Counted from the first letter of the stretch, positions 40,479 through 54,376 are shown. The stretch is 64,000 bases of DNA from Octopus vulgaris (GCA_951406725.2 OX597824.1:84754001-84818000), one strand, 5' to 3'. The notes: generated by a model from the sequence alone, not told the origin. A program made the numbers and translations.

Positions 40479-40650
40479 GGCGGCGAGCAGGTGGAATCTT
40501 TAGCACGTTCTGAGTTCAAATTCCGCCCGGGTCGATTTTGCCTTTCATCCTTTCGGGGTCCATAAATTAAGTACTAGTTGAACACTAGGGTCGATATAAT
40601 TGACTCATCCCCTGACCCAAAATTGCTGTCCTTGAGGCAAAATTTGAAAC
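40478..40650 (+). mobile_element. SINE B variant with AAAATTTGAAACC tail and (ATT)n
   Basis: Related copies at ~26165, 32888, 34783, 39470 and 45835. Confidence 0.8.
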
Positions 40651-40676
40651 CATTATCATTATTATTATTGTTGTTG

Positions 40677-40740
<64 letters not shown>

Positions 40741-41021
40741 GGCAGCAAGCAGGCAGAATCCTTAGCACGCCGGACATTTTTCTTCACCTAGTTTATGCAA
40801 ATCTCAACACAGTTGTAACCTGTCTATGTAATGTCACCTTCTCTGACATCCCTAAACATCGATTGAGCGGGTTTGACCAGAGCGATCGTCAACAATAGAT
40901 GGTAAGTCTGTCTGAAGAGAGCATGATAGTAGAGTCGATTGAGTATAGCAAAGAAAATTTTTTTGCTATTTGACCAAAGACGCAATTTCTAAATTTTTCA
41001 GTGTAAAATTCTGAGAGGTTT

Positions 41022-41520
<499 letters not shown>

Positions 41521-42324
41521 AAACAGAGCCGTTTCTATCCAAGAAGACTCAACTTATTTTGACTCCCAGCTTACCTGAATTTATATGACAGACTGTCGGT
41601 AAACACAGTTTTTTTTTCTTTTAATTCACATATTTTTAATGCCTATTTATAACCTTAAACCATTACTTGCTGACTGTGATGTTGTCAAATTACAAACGCT
41701 AGTACACACATCTGGCCTGTCTGTTTATATCGACATCATTATATTTCATTCAGCCGCGTTACTGTGTCCTGTAAGAAGATATATTCACCAATGGACGAAA
41801 CAGTCAAAAATAGGTTGGTACGTGTCAATATTAAGATCATTCATTGACACAGAAACAACGGTGTTATTGTATATCGATAACAATGATGGTCTAAGAGAGA
41901 CTCCGTTGGCCTGATTTTTAATAATCTATGATACTGACAGTATTAGTTTTCTTGATTAGATTACAGGGTAATGGGGATTTGGAAGATAGTGGCGCTCATC
42001 ACAATAATGGAGGCATTATGTTGCAGGTAATTCCTTCCACTGGTAACGCTTTCACGGATTTAAACTTCGCATAATTCATTATTTGTAGGAAGTCGTTGAG
42101 CGGTAATAAGCTCTTTGTACGCCGAATTTATATCAAAGGTTCAGTTACCTTTTGTGTCTTACCGCTTAACATATTTGAATTTGCCAACAGAAGCAGATGA
42201 ACTTAGCGAACTTTTCTATGAACTCTCCCATTGGCTATGTGTTACAGACGCAGACTATCACAAGTTCCCATGGTTTCTGGGTTTTTCTCTAAGTCCTCGG
42301 CAGAAAAAAGAAGGCTTTCTCATC

Positions 42325-42485
42325 CGTGTGTAAAGGTAACACACTTAGTCATGTTAACAAAGGGATGTGGGTTTGGGTCCCACGCGAATGGGAAAGACTT
42401 CTTTTTTCTGTCGAGGGCTTATATGCCCCGTTATTAGACTATTTTCCGTAGTCATTGCACGGTGAACGGCATAAGCTTTAAGCTT
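42325..42485 (+). mobile_element. Old tRNA-headed SINE family F
   Basis: Shares GTCCCACGCG, GTCGAGG, TTATTAGACTATTTTC, TAGTCATTGC and ATAAGCTTTAAG with the reverse complement of 61853-62010. Confidence 0.65.
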
Positions 42486-42581
42486 ATATAAAAATACCAT
42501 TATTATTATTTACAGGATTGTAAAATACGGAGCTGTATAACAAAACCATTTGCACCGAAAGCATGTATATATATATGCTTA

Positions 42582-42876
42582 TTATAGCCTCAGGCCGACC
42601 AAAACCTTGTGAGTGGATTTCGTACTCGGAAACTGAAAGAAGACTGTCGTATATAGGTGTATATTTGTGTATGTGTGTGCGTGTGTCTTGTGTTTGTACC
42701 CCATCATTGCTTGACAACTGATGTTGCTGTGCTTACATTCCTGTAACTTAGCGATTTGGTAAAAAGACACTGACAGAACGAGTACTAGGCTTACAAAGGA
42801 TAAATCCTGTGGTTGATTTCTTCGACCAACGGCGGTGTTCCAGCATGGCCGCTGTCACATGACTGAAACAAGTAAA
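42582..42876 (+). mobile_element. SINE A, 5'-truncated and diverged
   Basis: Match to family A; followed by a Helitron-like 3' end stub at 42887-42929. Confidence 0.82.
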
Positions 42877-42930
42877 GCAATAAAAATCTATGCCAATTTA
42901 ATCCCGAGCAAGGCCGGGTATTTCTGCTAG

Positions 42931-43130
42931 TAATAATAATTATAACATCGAAAAACACCTCAGGAAGGAGAACCCAGGTTCGAAATTTCCCCAAGACACC
43001 TGATGAAGGTTGGAGGGTATATCAGCCGAAACGTTGTGTTAGCAACAAACAAGATGAGGACAAATACCTATCAAATGTAAATAATGTAAATAATGTACAT
43101 AATTCCTCATCTCTTAAATATAGAACTGTA
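42931..43130 (+). mobile_element. Family H2 hammerhead-bearing element
   Basis: Homologous to 24700-24852; extends further 3' into (TA)n. Confidence 0.8.
42995..43040 (+). ncRNA. Minimal type I hammerhead ribozyme with canonical core
   Basis: GACAC-CTGATGA-A-GGTTGG-AGGGTATA-TCAGCC-GAAAC-GTT-GTGTT: stem I GACAC/GTGTT, 6-bp stem II with wobbles, palindromic AACGTT stem III. Confidence 0.75.
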
Positions 43131-43506
43131 ATATATGTATATATAATACAAAATGGGACAAGAACGCAAAACATCCGGTCAGCTAGGTGATACAAAAAGG
43201 GATAACAAAACATCCAGATAGACTATACAAAGAAAACAAGGATGGGTCATTCGAAGTTTTCTTTCTTCAGTCAAGCACCAGATTATCCTCGCAATTTCGG
43301 CTGATTATATATATAGTGTGTGTGTGTGTGTGTATGGTGTAATAAGTGGAATAGCACTCTATCAGCTAATAGAATAAAAATAATGTTATAATAAAGACCG
43401 CAAAGCTTGTTGAGTACAGCTAACCTGGTCGAAACCTTAATCCATTTCGCCATTTTTCATGCTGATAAGAACAAAACACTTTGGGCAAGTGACTTGATAT
43501 ATACAT

Positions 43507-43621
<115 letters not shown>

Positions 43622-44075
43622 GTGTGTAAGGTGAGCGACATTTCACGCCCTTTTAATACGCTAGACGTTATATTTATCACTATTATTTTTGTAAATTCGG
43701 TTCATTGAAGCTATTATGACAACGAAGTGGATTACCAAGATAAGAAAACCAAACTGGAACAGGGTGAATGACCATCCGCCAACACCCATGAAAAATATAT
43801 TAGAGATGGTTTTTCACAACAGGATATACGGGTGACATTGGCTGCGCGTGTGAAATTAGGGTGGAATCAACCCCAACGTCAGCACATTTTTAACTTGGGC
43901 GTTTATGTCACGTTGGCTGCATCTCAAAACAGGATTAACGCCCACTGAGAAAGTGTGTGTGTGCATGAATATATACTGTTATAGAGATGCATATATATAT
44001 ATATACATTATATGAACATACATACACATACATATATATACACACATATTTGTATATATTTACATATACACATTT

Positions 44076-44112
<37 letters not shown>

Positions 44113-44180
44113 GACACATTTATATATATATATACATATACACATTTATACATATATATATATATATATATACATATACA

Positions 44181-44381
44181 TTTTTTTAAAGTTTCAGCTC
44201 AGAGCTGCGGCCATGCTGGTGCACCGCCGTTTTGCGCTACACTGTTATGACTAGGAGCCTCCTCTAATATGTGGCACTTGATGAAGAATGGAGTTTGATA
44301 TAGCTACCCTCATTTGCACCTCTTGCCGTGAGGTAGGCTCATCTGGGACTCTAGACAGGAAGAGGTTCAGCTTTGATTTAT
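44181..44381 (-). mobile_element. CR1/Zenon-like LINE extreme 3' end
   Basis: KSKLNLFLSRVPDEPTSRQEVQMRVAISNSILHQVPHIRGGS* (stop at 44251-44253), then a short UTR sharing the SINE A 3' end and an A tail. Confidence 0.75.
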
Positions 44382-44410
44382 ACACACACACACACACACA
44401 CAAATATAGA

Positions 44411-44798
44411 TGGAAGCACTCCGTCGGTTACGACGACGAGGGCTCCGGTTGATCCGAATCAACGGAACAGCCTGCTCGTGAAATTAAGTGGCTGTAAGTG
44501 GCTGAGCACTCCACAGACACGTGTACCCTTAACGTAGTTCTCGGGGATATTCAGCGTGACACAGAGAGTGACAAGGCCGGCCCTTTGAAATACAGGTACA
44601 ACAGAAGCAGGAAGTAAGAGTGAGAGAAAGTTGTGGTGAAAGAGTACAGCAGGGATCACCACCATCCCCTGCCGGAGCCTCGTGGAGCTTTAGGTGTTTT
44701 CGCTCAATAAACACTCACAACGCCCGGTCTGGGAATCGAAACCGCGATCCTATGACCGCGAGTCCGCTGCCCTAACCACTGAGCCATTGCGCCTCCAC
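44411..44798 (-). mobile_element. SINE C' with tail T2
   Basis: C' head; tail TGTACCTGTATTTCAAAGGG..CGTAACCGACGGAGTGC shared with D copies at 48280 and 57458. Confidence 0.88.
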
Positions 44799-45004
44799 TA
44801 CACACAAATATATATACAGATGTCTGTATTAAGTGAAACGTATACATACATGCATACACACACACACTCATACATATATTCATATTTTCATGTGTGTGTA
44901 TACATGCACACAAAAGTGTATTGACATCCAGATATTCGCAGATACTTTGGCGCGAAACCGTTATACGGTTTTCCAAGAGTCGAGAGAACCCATAACTCTG
45001 TTTT

Positions 45005-45156
45005 ATGGCTGTGTGGTTTAAGAAGCCCTCTTTTCATCCACGTGGTCTCATGTTCAGTCCCGCTGTGCGGCACCTTGAACAAGAGTCTTCTGTTATAGGT
45101 CCGGGCTGACCAACGCTTTGTGAGTGAATATGGTAGACAGAAATTGTGGAAGCTGT

Positions 45157-45207
<51 letters not shown>

Positions 45208-45385
45208 CTTTGTGCTTGTCCATCTCCGCTTGATAACCGATATCGGTTTGTTTACGTCCCCGTAGCATAGCAGTTCGGTAGAATGTGACGACAGAATAAG
45301 TATCTTAAAATCAAGTACTGGGATCTATTTCTTCGACTAAACCCTTCAAAGCGGTGCTCCAGTATGGTCGTAGTCCAATGACTAC
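45005..45385 (+). mobile_element. Old SINE A
   Basis: Diverged match to family A. Confidence 0.75.
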
Positions 45386-45465
45386 GTACTCCAAAAGGAG
45401 GAATGATATTTAAATTTTATCGACTGACATTACATCTCACCAGAAACCCTGAATGGAATACGTTC

Positions 45466-45625
45466 TGAGTTCAAATTCCGCCGAGGTCGACTTTGCCTTT
45501 CATCCTTTCGGGGTCGATAAATTAAGTACCAGTTACGCGCTGGGGTCGATGTAAAAGACTTAATCCGTTTGTCTATCCTTGTTTGTCCTCTCTGTGTTTA
45601 GCCCCTTGTGAACAATAAAGAAATA
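45466..45625 (+). mobile_element. SINE B, 5'-truncated
   Basis: TSD GGAATACGTTCT at 45454-45465 and 45626-45637. Confidence 0.88.
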
Positions 45626-46957
45626 GGAATACGTTCTAAGTTCAAGAACTTCTTCCCATCTCACCTGGATCCATAAAATAGGGCAAGAGAAGAAAAATGG
45701 GTTTTAAGCTCCTCATCTTCACTACCTGCCGTGTCTTGATGGATTAAAAGACAGACGGGCATACTTGACGCATGTCATTTAGCAAAAAATTGTTTTTAGG
45801 GCATTACAGAATACAATATAGCTCTCAACTTCAAAGCAGGGAGCTGGCAGAATCGTTAGCACGCCGAGCGAAGTGCGTAGCGATATTTCGTCATTCTCTG
45901 AGTTCAATTTCCGCCGAGGTTGACTATGTCTTTAATCCTTCCAGGGTCGATGAAATAAGTACCATTTAAAATCTGGGGTCGACGTAATCGACTTAACTCC
46001 TTCCCCGAACTTGCTGGCCCTGTTCCAAAATTTGAAATCAATATAGTTCCAGCTTCACAGATAGGACCCGCGGGTAATATTTCGAGACATTGTTTTGGAA
46101 AAACAAAATGTTGTATATCCCATCAAATATGATCATTCTCCTCCGGGGCAACGGGGATAGTGAGGTAATCTTGCTCAATACGTTCGTGTTCGAAACATTC
46201 TTGGCCTTCGGTAAAAAGAAACGAAAACGACATAACATATTAAGCAAAAGTGAACCAAAGGAAATATATTAACACGTTGCAAAAACAAACGAAATTTTTT
46301 TTTTTTCGAATAACAACAGATCTCGCTGCCAAAAGTTGATGTTTAGCCATCTGTTATTGTTGACATAACATTTCTGTAGTGTTAGTAATTTTCGTTTGTT
46401 TAATACATCTCATAGTAGACTGTGTACTTCTCCATGAGAAATGTATAACTATCTCGTAGATATCTCAGTATTTGTTGGTTGTGAATAAAACAGCAAAATA
46501 TCTGAATAATACGACTTACATTTGAAAACAAAAGAAAAATAACAGTGATAGTATGATATTTGAAAACATAGCGGCATATCAGTTTAGTCAGCTACTTTAG
46601 AAGGTTTTTTGGCGCCTTTTGAACAGACGCACTGTTTGTTATTGTTTGAGAACTTTTGGTTTTGTTTCAGAACGCCTTTATTTCCCTTCGCTCAGTTTTG
46701 TTTAATATGTCATGTCACTTTGGTTTTGTACCAGAGGTCAAGGACTTTTTCAAAACGAACGCATTGAGCAAATTTACCAAATAGCAAATGTAAACGTTCG
46801 TCAAAAGTTGTAGTAGTTTTCCCTGGTGGGTGTGAGTTCAATCTGTCTAATTTGCTTATCCCAACATTTGCCTCTATACCAGCTCAAGTTTAAATTACAT
46901 CAGCACTACTAAGTGTATTTTATACGGAGAATATCGGGATCTCATCTATGAACTATA

Positions 46958-47361
46958 TCTTTATATATAAAAGTGAGGTTGTATGCTGTCTGTCTCCTAC
47001 GATTTAGATTCCTAACTACTCCCACATTTTGCGGTGCAGTTTAACCAAAACCGGGTATCTTATAGTCGTGATTCATATCGAGCCCTTCTGGGTATTAGCG
47101 CGCGTCTACGATGAGTCTACGATTTAAAAAATAAATTACCATCATTTTTTTCCATTTTAATGCATTTTTTCGCTATTATATAAGGGAAGTAACTCTCTAA
47201 AAATGTCTACGATGAGTCAACGATTTACAAAAAAAATTTACCATAATTTTTTTTCCATTTTTAATGCATTTTTTTTTGCTATTTTTTGGCTATAACTCTC
47301 TAAAAATGCTTATATAGTTATTTCCCTTACAAACCCGAGCAACGCCGGGCGATACTGCTAG
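46958..47361 (+). mobile_element. Non-autonomous Helitron, complete
   Basis: A|TC 5' end, 3' hairpin plus CTAG|T, no TSD, internal ~83-bp direct repeat. Confidence 0.85.
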
Positions 47362-48279
47362 TATATATATATATATATCGAAACGTGGAGTAGATGAAAC
47401 AAAGGCGACTGAAGAAGGGGAATTTTCCTTGTATTGTATGTCCTGTACTCTATTTTTTCTTTGTTTAAGAAAAATGTCCATTTCCTTGGTTTTGTGTTTA
47501 TGTTTTCGTTTCTCATTGTGTTCGACGTTTTTTGGTGTCCTGTACCCATATATGCATGTATATATACATGTAGAGGTAGGTAAGTACATATATGTATGTA
47601 TATATGCATATGTTTTATTTATTTATTAATTTATATATATATATATACACAGACACACTCGGTCATCGATTTCATGGCATATAAAACGCACTTTTAAAAA
47701 AAAAGTCAGTGTCAAAATATCATTCCGGATCCTATATGCAAGATAGGCTTATATTACATACTTTCATGTGCCATATCTTTACTCTTTCTTCTTCGAATAT
47801 GCCTTTCTGAAATTTGGGTGCGTCTAATATGCCCGTGCAGCTTTTCCGCCGTATATATACGCGCGCGCGCGTGTGTGCTACAGAATCTCCCCCAAAACAA
47901 GAACCCATTGATTAAGTATTATCCTAGCCTAATAGGATTATCTATGAAGTCAATCAAGCAATGCCATTGTATAGAGTAGCCAAAAACTATGAATCCAAAA
48001 CATGTTCAGCCTTAAGAAAATGAAAGACAACTTCAGAATAACGAGACACCAAGATATAAAAGATTCCTTAACCAGTACATCAGACACAGATTCCCACCTT
48101 CAGCTGCCTAACGGATATCCCAATGGTTTCGACACTTAGGCAGTACCATTCACTCCGGCGGTGTTAACAGCATTAAAAGCAAAAACACTACTTGGGAATC
48201 AATAGACTAGCAACAGAAACTAAACATTAGCGTAAAATGCCCACTACACCAATACCTGCTTATTATTATAAATAACAAT

Positions 48280-48595
48280 GAAGGCACGTGGGTTAGTGGT
48301 TAGGTTACTCAGCTCACGGGTGTAATGTCGTGAGTTCGATTTCCAACAGTGCGTTAGTCCCTTGAACAAAACACTTTATTTCACATAGTTCTAGTCCACT
48401 CAGCCGGTAAAAATGACTCGTACCTCTTTTTCAAAGAGCCAGTCTTGTCACATTCTGTCTCATGCTAAATATCCGTGAGAACTACGTTAAGGGTATGCAT
48501 GTCTGTGGAGTGCTCAGCTACGTTAATTTTACGAGTAGGATGTTCCGGTGATCAGACCAAGGGGAACACTGGTTTCTTAACTGACGGAGTGCTAG
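48280..48595 (+). mobile_element. SINE D with tail T2
   Basis: Diverged D head joined to the T2 tail. Confidence 0.78.
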
Positions 48596-48897
48596 TTTTT
48601 ATTTTTAATCATAAATAACAACGTTGAATATCAACAAAACAGTATTAATTTATAGCTCAAAGCTAGAAATGAGAAAAAGCAGCATCTATAAAACAAAGAA
48701 TTTCTTCTCACAAAGGACATAGTGATTTAAAAAAGACTAAAGTACCATACAGAACTAGCGAACTAGACGCATTGAACAAACCTACTGAACAATCAATACA
48801 TTGCATTATACAAATAGTTTCATATTTTGGCACAAGGGCAACAGCTTTTGAAGGGAGGGTGAAGTCAATCACATCAACCTCAGTAGCATAGTAAATT

Positions 48898-49140
48898 GAG
48901 GCTTAGTAGTTAGGGGGTGTTGGACTCATGATCGTAAGATTGTGGTTTCGATTCCTGGACCGGGTGACGCGTTGTGTTCTTGAGCAAAACACTTCATTTC
49001 ACATTGCTCCAATCCACTCAGCTGACAAAAATGAGTAACCCTACGATGGACCGGCGTCTCATCCAGGTGGGGAATATATATACAATGACATCGGGAAACT
49101 GGCCCTTATGAGTCGGCATGACTTGAGAAGGTAACTTTAC
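48898..49140 (+). mobile_element. SINE D with tail T1
   Basis: D head plus GATGGACCGGCGTCTCATCCAGGTGGGGAA..GGCCCTTATGAG. Confidence 0.82.
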
Positions 49141-49599
49141 TAGCAATTTACAGTAGCGTAACAAGAGGTCTGGATGAGGGGTGAGTCAATCTCGGAGGCA
49201 TTTGGACTCAGAATATAATAAACTAGAAGAAATTTCTACCAGCTCACCGCCTTTACCCACCATAAAATATTAGTAAAATTTTTGGTACCCCGTCCACATT
49301 ACAAAAAACAAAAAAACAGCAACAGTTTACCGTGGTGTTAGACATGTTTAAAAGAGCTGCTAAGCAGTATCTTATTTTACTTAAAATGGTAATTTACCCG
49401 GCCCCTTTTCAATTCCAACGGTTTCTTTATGAAATATATTAGAGAATGTCCTCATGACCCATGTTCAGGCCCTCTAAGACACTAACATTATGAAGGGATG
49501 ACGTTATCTTCAGAATGGAGACTGGTTCAAATACGTGCGACAACGATTTTATCAATGTAATTTATAAAGATGGAAACCATCTTAATTTCATTCAACATA

Positions 49600-49775
49600 G
49601 GCGTAGGAGTGGCTGTGTGGTAAGTAGCTTGCTTACCAACCACATGGCTCCGGGTTCAGTCCCACTGCGTGGTACCTTGGGCAAGTGTCTTATAGCCTCG
49701 GGCCAACCAAAGCCTTGTGAGTGGATTTGGTAGAAGGAAACTGAAAGGAGCCTGTCGTATATATGTATATATACA

Positions 49776-49811
<36 letters not shown>

Positions 49812-50062
49812 TGTATGTATGTATGTATGTATGTATGTATGTATGTGTGTGAGTGTGTATGTTTGTGTGTCTGTGTTTGTACCCCCAACATCGCTTGACA
49901 ACCAGTGCTGGTGTGTTCACGTCCCCGTAACCTAGCGGTTCGGCAAAAGAAATCAATAGAATAAGTACTGGGTTTACAAAGAATAAGTCCTGGGGTCGAT
50001 TTGCTCGACTAAAGGCAAAGCTCCAGCATGGCCGCAGTCAAATGACTGAAACAAGTAAAAGG
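49600..50062 (+). mobile_element. SINE A, full length
   Basis: Match to family A with internal (TATG)n. Confidence 0.92.
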
Positions 50063-50553
50063 GTAATGTAGATAGGAGAGGAACTTGTTTTAAAACATAC
50101 AGTTCGGACATGTAACAGACATGTTTTAATCGTACACACACACAAAGGACTTATTGTTAATGTTGATTATGAATATCAACAATATAGCTGAGAGGAAATA
50201 CCTCCGAGGAGCTTTCTACATATTGTAGGGTCGTACATATGTTATACAGTACATTTTTTTTTAGAAATCCGCATCAACTTAGATTATTCATGCAACTGGT
50301 TTACAGAAACTCCGCTTGTTATTGTTTAAAATCTAAAACAAACGAAAAACAAAAAAGATAATTTCAACAAAAAAAAAAAAAAGCCAACTGAGAAATTTTT
50401 TGAACATATAGACAATGCAGATGGGAATAGATATCTCGTCTTTGAAGCTAAAAGGAGAAATCAAAGAACGTTTCGGTATCAATTTCCCTCTTCAGCGAAG
50501 CATATTTTACTCAGTACAACTTAGAAGTGGTCTATCTGTGTTTGTGTGTGCGA

Positions 50554-50588
<35 letters not shown>

Positions 50589-50726
50589 TTCAGTAAAATT
50601 TAGATTCAGATGAATATGGTACTTAAGCTAAAGGCACCAGAATTTAGTATGGTATTATCCATATAATTCAAAATGGGGTGATTATATAGTCAAAATAAGC
50701 AACACGGATATCCAGAGGTAATGCAG

Positions 50727-50757
50727 AAAAATATGGAACGTTTCACGAATTTTGCGT
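50727..50757 (-). pseudogene. U6 snRNA 3'-terminal fragment (31 nt)
   Basis: AAAAATATGGAACGTTTCACGAATTTTGCGT versus the U6 reverse complement AAAAATATGGAACGCTTCACGAATTTGCGT (one substitution, one extra T). Confidence 0.85.
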
Positions 50758-50790
50758 ACCTCTGGATATCCTTGTTGCTTATTTTGATGT

Positions 50791-50895
<105 letters not shown>

Positions 50896-51077
50896 TAATA
50901 GCTAGCAGAAGCGGCTGAATATCTCAAGGACCAAGAGTTTCGTTCATGAGCACTTATCAAACTGGTTCTGCTAAATATTAATAAAAATATTCATATATTC
51001 ATATTTTGTGTTCTATTTTTTCCTGTTTGCATATATATATATATGCATATGTATGTATATATATATATGTGTGTGTA

Positions 51078-51133
<56 letters not shown>

Positions 51134-51449
51134 TAATATTCCATGTACATATATATGGAATAGATTTACAGAATATGAATATGGCTGAAAGAAAATACGT
51201 CAGAGAAGCACACGGAGTCATATTCTCACATGTATTTGATGTAATTTGATGTAATCTATGTCGATGTGAAATTAAATCTGCAAGGACCTTTTCAGCAGTT
51301 TGGGATGAAGATTGTAATGTAAATGACTCGTCAACAGTCGCTTATCTCCCTGCTCCACCACAACAAGATAAAATAACCGAAGATTAAATTATTATAAAGC
51401 GTAAACAGAATTATGTTAAGACACAACTCATTCACTTATTGGTAAAACG

Positions 51450-51680
51450 AGCGGCGAGCTGGCAGAAACGTTAGCACGTCGGGCGAAATGCTTAGCGGTA
51501 TTTCGTCTGCCGCTACGTTCTGAGTTCAAATTCCGCCGAGGTCGACTTTGCCTTTCATCCTTTTGGGGTCGATTAAATAAGTACCAGTTACGCACTGGGG
51601 TCGATATAATCGACTTAATCCGTTTGTCTGTCCTTGTTTGTCCTCTCTGTGTTTAGCCCCTTGTGGGTAGTAAAGAAATA
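51450..51680 (+). mobile_element. SINE B
   Basis: TSD GGTAAAACG at 51441-51449 and 51681-51689. Confidence 0.9.
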
Positions 51681-53647
51681 GGTAAAACGTTGACGGCCTT
51701 ACAATAATTACTGGATTTATCAATATGGTGTTGGGGGTTATGGATAAATAGACATACAGAATGAAACCCATTTCTTCGGGCCCTTTACTTTCTGAATTCA
51801 AATCCCGCTGAGATCAACGTTGCCTTTCGTCCCTTCGGAGTCGGTAAAATAAAGTACCAGTCATTTACTGGAGTCGACATGTACCCTCGCCTCAAAATGG
51901 CTAACTTTCCAAGTCCGCAACGGACCGACGTTCTTTTCAGGGGAAATGTTGTGATTACGGTCACTTACATGCCATAGATACCGGGTAACTGGCCCTAAGA
52001 GACCTAGGACTCAAGAAAAAAAACCCCAAAAACGAGGAGTTCAAATGAGAAAAGTTGTGTAGTGTTATCTACTGTGACTGCCTGGCAAGCAACATATACT
52101 TGGTTCGAGTTGTGTCAAAGTAGTTATTTCTGATTGACATTAATTTGTTTCTTGCAGATTTTATGCACTCACTGCACAGTTGCAGATTAGTCCTAAACAA
52201 AAAATATTAATTTCTAATTACTTAATTAAATTTTAGTAGTTAATTCTTTTGGCCTCAGTCACAACACAGAACGATGCGAGGACTGCCAATAGTTCGGCTG
52301 CCGCTTTGATAATCTTTTGACCCAGCCAACCGTGCTCTCTTCCATATCCGAAGTTATGAATTAAAAACGCAAAAAGCAACAACGCCTAAAAACTGAATAA
52401 GTGAAATAGGGCCATGAGACTTTCAAATACAATGGTATTCCGCTGACAATGAATGGAAAATGTTTACTTCGAGATGTCAAGTACTGAAATCATACGTAAT
52501 AATAATAACGCTTGAGTTATTCAGAAAGGAGAAAATAAATCATGAAGGCGTGAATATATTTTGTCTGGCGATTGTAATTATTAATGATATCCCTCAGTAA
52601 CATCTGTCAAGATTTTAGAGATATGGTTTCTTTTATGAAACAAACTTGTTTACGGTGTAGAGGATTACATAATTACTGCTCACAAAGCTTTACAATAACA
52701 ACAGTGACACCGAATGTAGTGATTGCGTGATGACATACAATTGATGAACACGATGAGACTTGGTGCAATGGCGATTGTTTGTGAAGCGCTACATAAGTGG
52801 GTGTTGGGAGTTAGAGGAAACGGACAACAAAGAAATGTTTATGTATATATGGAATGTATGTATATATAAATGGAATCCATACCTCGTCAGAGCATCCATG
52901 GTTAGAGAAAATAAACGAAGTGGAAACGGTCTTTTTCCTGTAGCTCAAGTGTAACTGAAATCTCATAACATAGATTTAAAATAAAGTGTTCATGTATAAT
53001 TGATACACTTTACGAGGCTAAGACAACCAACTTTTTATGTCCCTCTTTTTTAATGTCTTTCTATCAAGGGAATGCAAGATAATGAGTTTAAAAGCAGCCG
53101 ACAACGTCAACCATCTTGCTGCGATCTAGCTCACTGGAATTGGGAAACGCCTTTAAAGAAAACATAAGATGGCCAACTCCACCTCCCCTCTCGCATCTTC
53201 TTTTTTTTAGTATTTTTTCCTTTTCTTTTTTGGGTTTTTTTTCTTTCTTTTTTTTATGATATTTTGATGTAAGATTGTGTAAGATTTTGTTCTGAAAATT
53301 TCATTTATTTTCTTAAGTAATCCTTCAGAAGTAGAAAACACCCACTAAATTTGATGTTATCTTTCTATAGATTCAAAAGTTTGTGACGCACTTGCATGCT
53401 TGCGCATGTGTGTGTATTTATGTTGTGTGTGTGTGTGTGAATATAAATATGTCGTGTGCGACAGTTGCTGAATGACTGTTAGCTGACTCGGTTAAGATGT
53501 GAGTTTTCCACTCCGTCTCATGTGTGTCTAAACGTCCATGACCAAAACACTCAAATAAAACAGTCAACCTAGTTGAAAATAGGTAGCATACAGTGGATAC
53601 AACACACCGGCTTAAGCAACAGAAACAACATAGAATTAGATTCTATA

Positions 53648-54091
53648 AGGCGACAAGCCGGCAGAAACGTTAGCACGACGGGCAACATGCTTAGCGGTGT
53701 TTCGTCTGCCTTTATGTTCTGAGTTCAAATTCCGCCGAGGTCGACTTTGCCTTTCATCCTTTCGGGGTCGATAAATCAAGTACCAGTTACGCACTGGGGT
53801 CGATGTAATCGACTTAATCCGTTTGTCTGTCCTTGTTTGTTCCCCCTATGTTTAGCCCCTTGTGGGCAATAAAGAAATAAGAAACGTTAGCACGCCGGGC
53901 GAAATGCTTAGCGGTATTTCGTCTGTCTTTACGTTCTGAATTCAAATTCCCCCGAGATCGTCTTTGCCTTTCATCCTTTCGGGGTCGATAAATTAAGTAC
54001 TAGTTACACACTGGGGTCGATGTAATCGATTTATCCACTTTCCCGAAATTGTTTGTCCTTGTTTGTCCCCTCTATGTTTAGCTCCTTGTGG
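53648..54091 (+). mobile_element. Head-to-tail SINE B dimer
   Basis: Junction AAAGAAATA|AGAAACGTTAGC near 53880. Confidence 0.88.
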
Positions 54092-54317
54092 AGCAACTCC
54101 AGTCTAAAACCTACAGCTTGCTTGTCCCCGCAGCCGTCATGGCCCGCAGAGTCACTGTGATCAGACTTCCCAATGGGATTAGATTCAAGGGGATTAGATT
54201 CTGTGGACTAATTCTCGCTTTAAAACTACTAAGCACAGACAGGAAGAAAAGCCCTGTAGCATCAAGGATCCTACTGCCCTTCTCCAAAGATCTTCGTACA
54301 TGAAGAAACTGCCATCA

Positions 54318-54376
<59 letters not shown>

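Noticed and set aside
41580-42320. Minus-strand VFTDSLS resembling an RNase H motif
   Set aside because: An isolated short match with no supporting motifs in frame.
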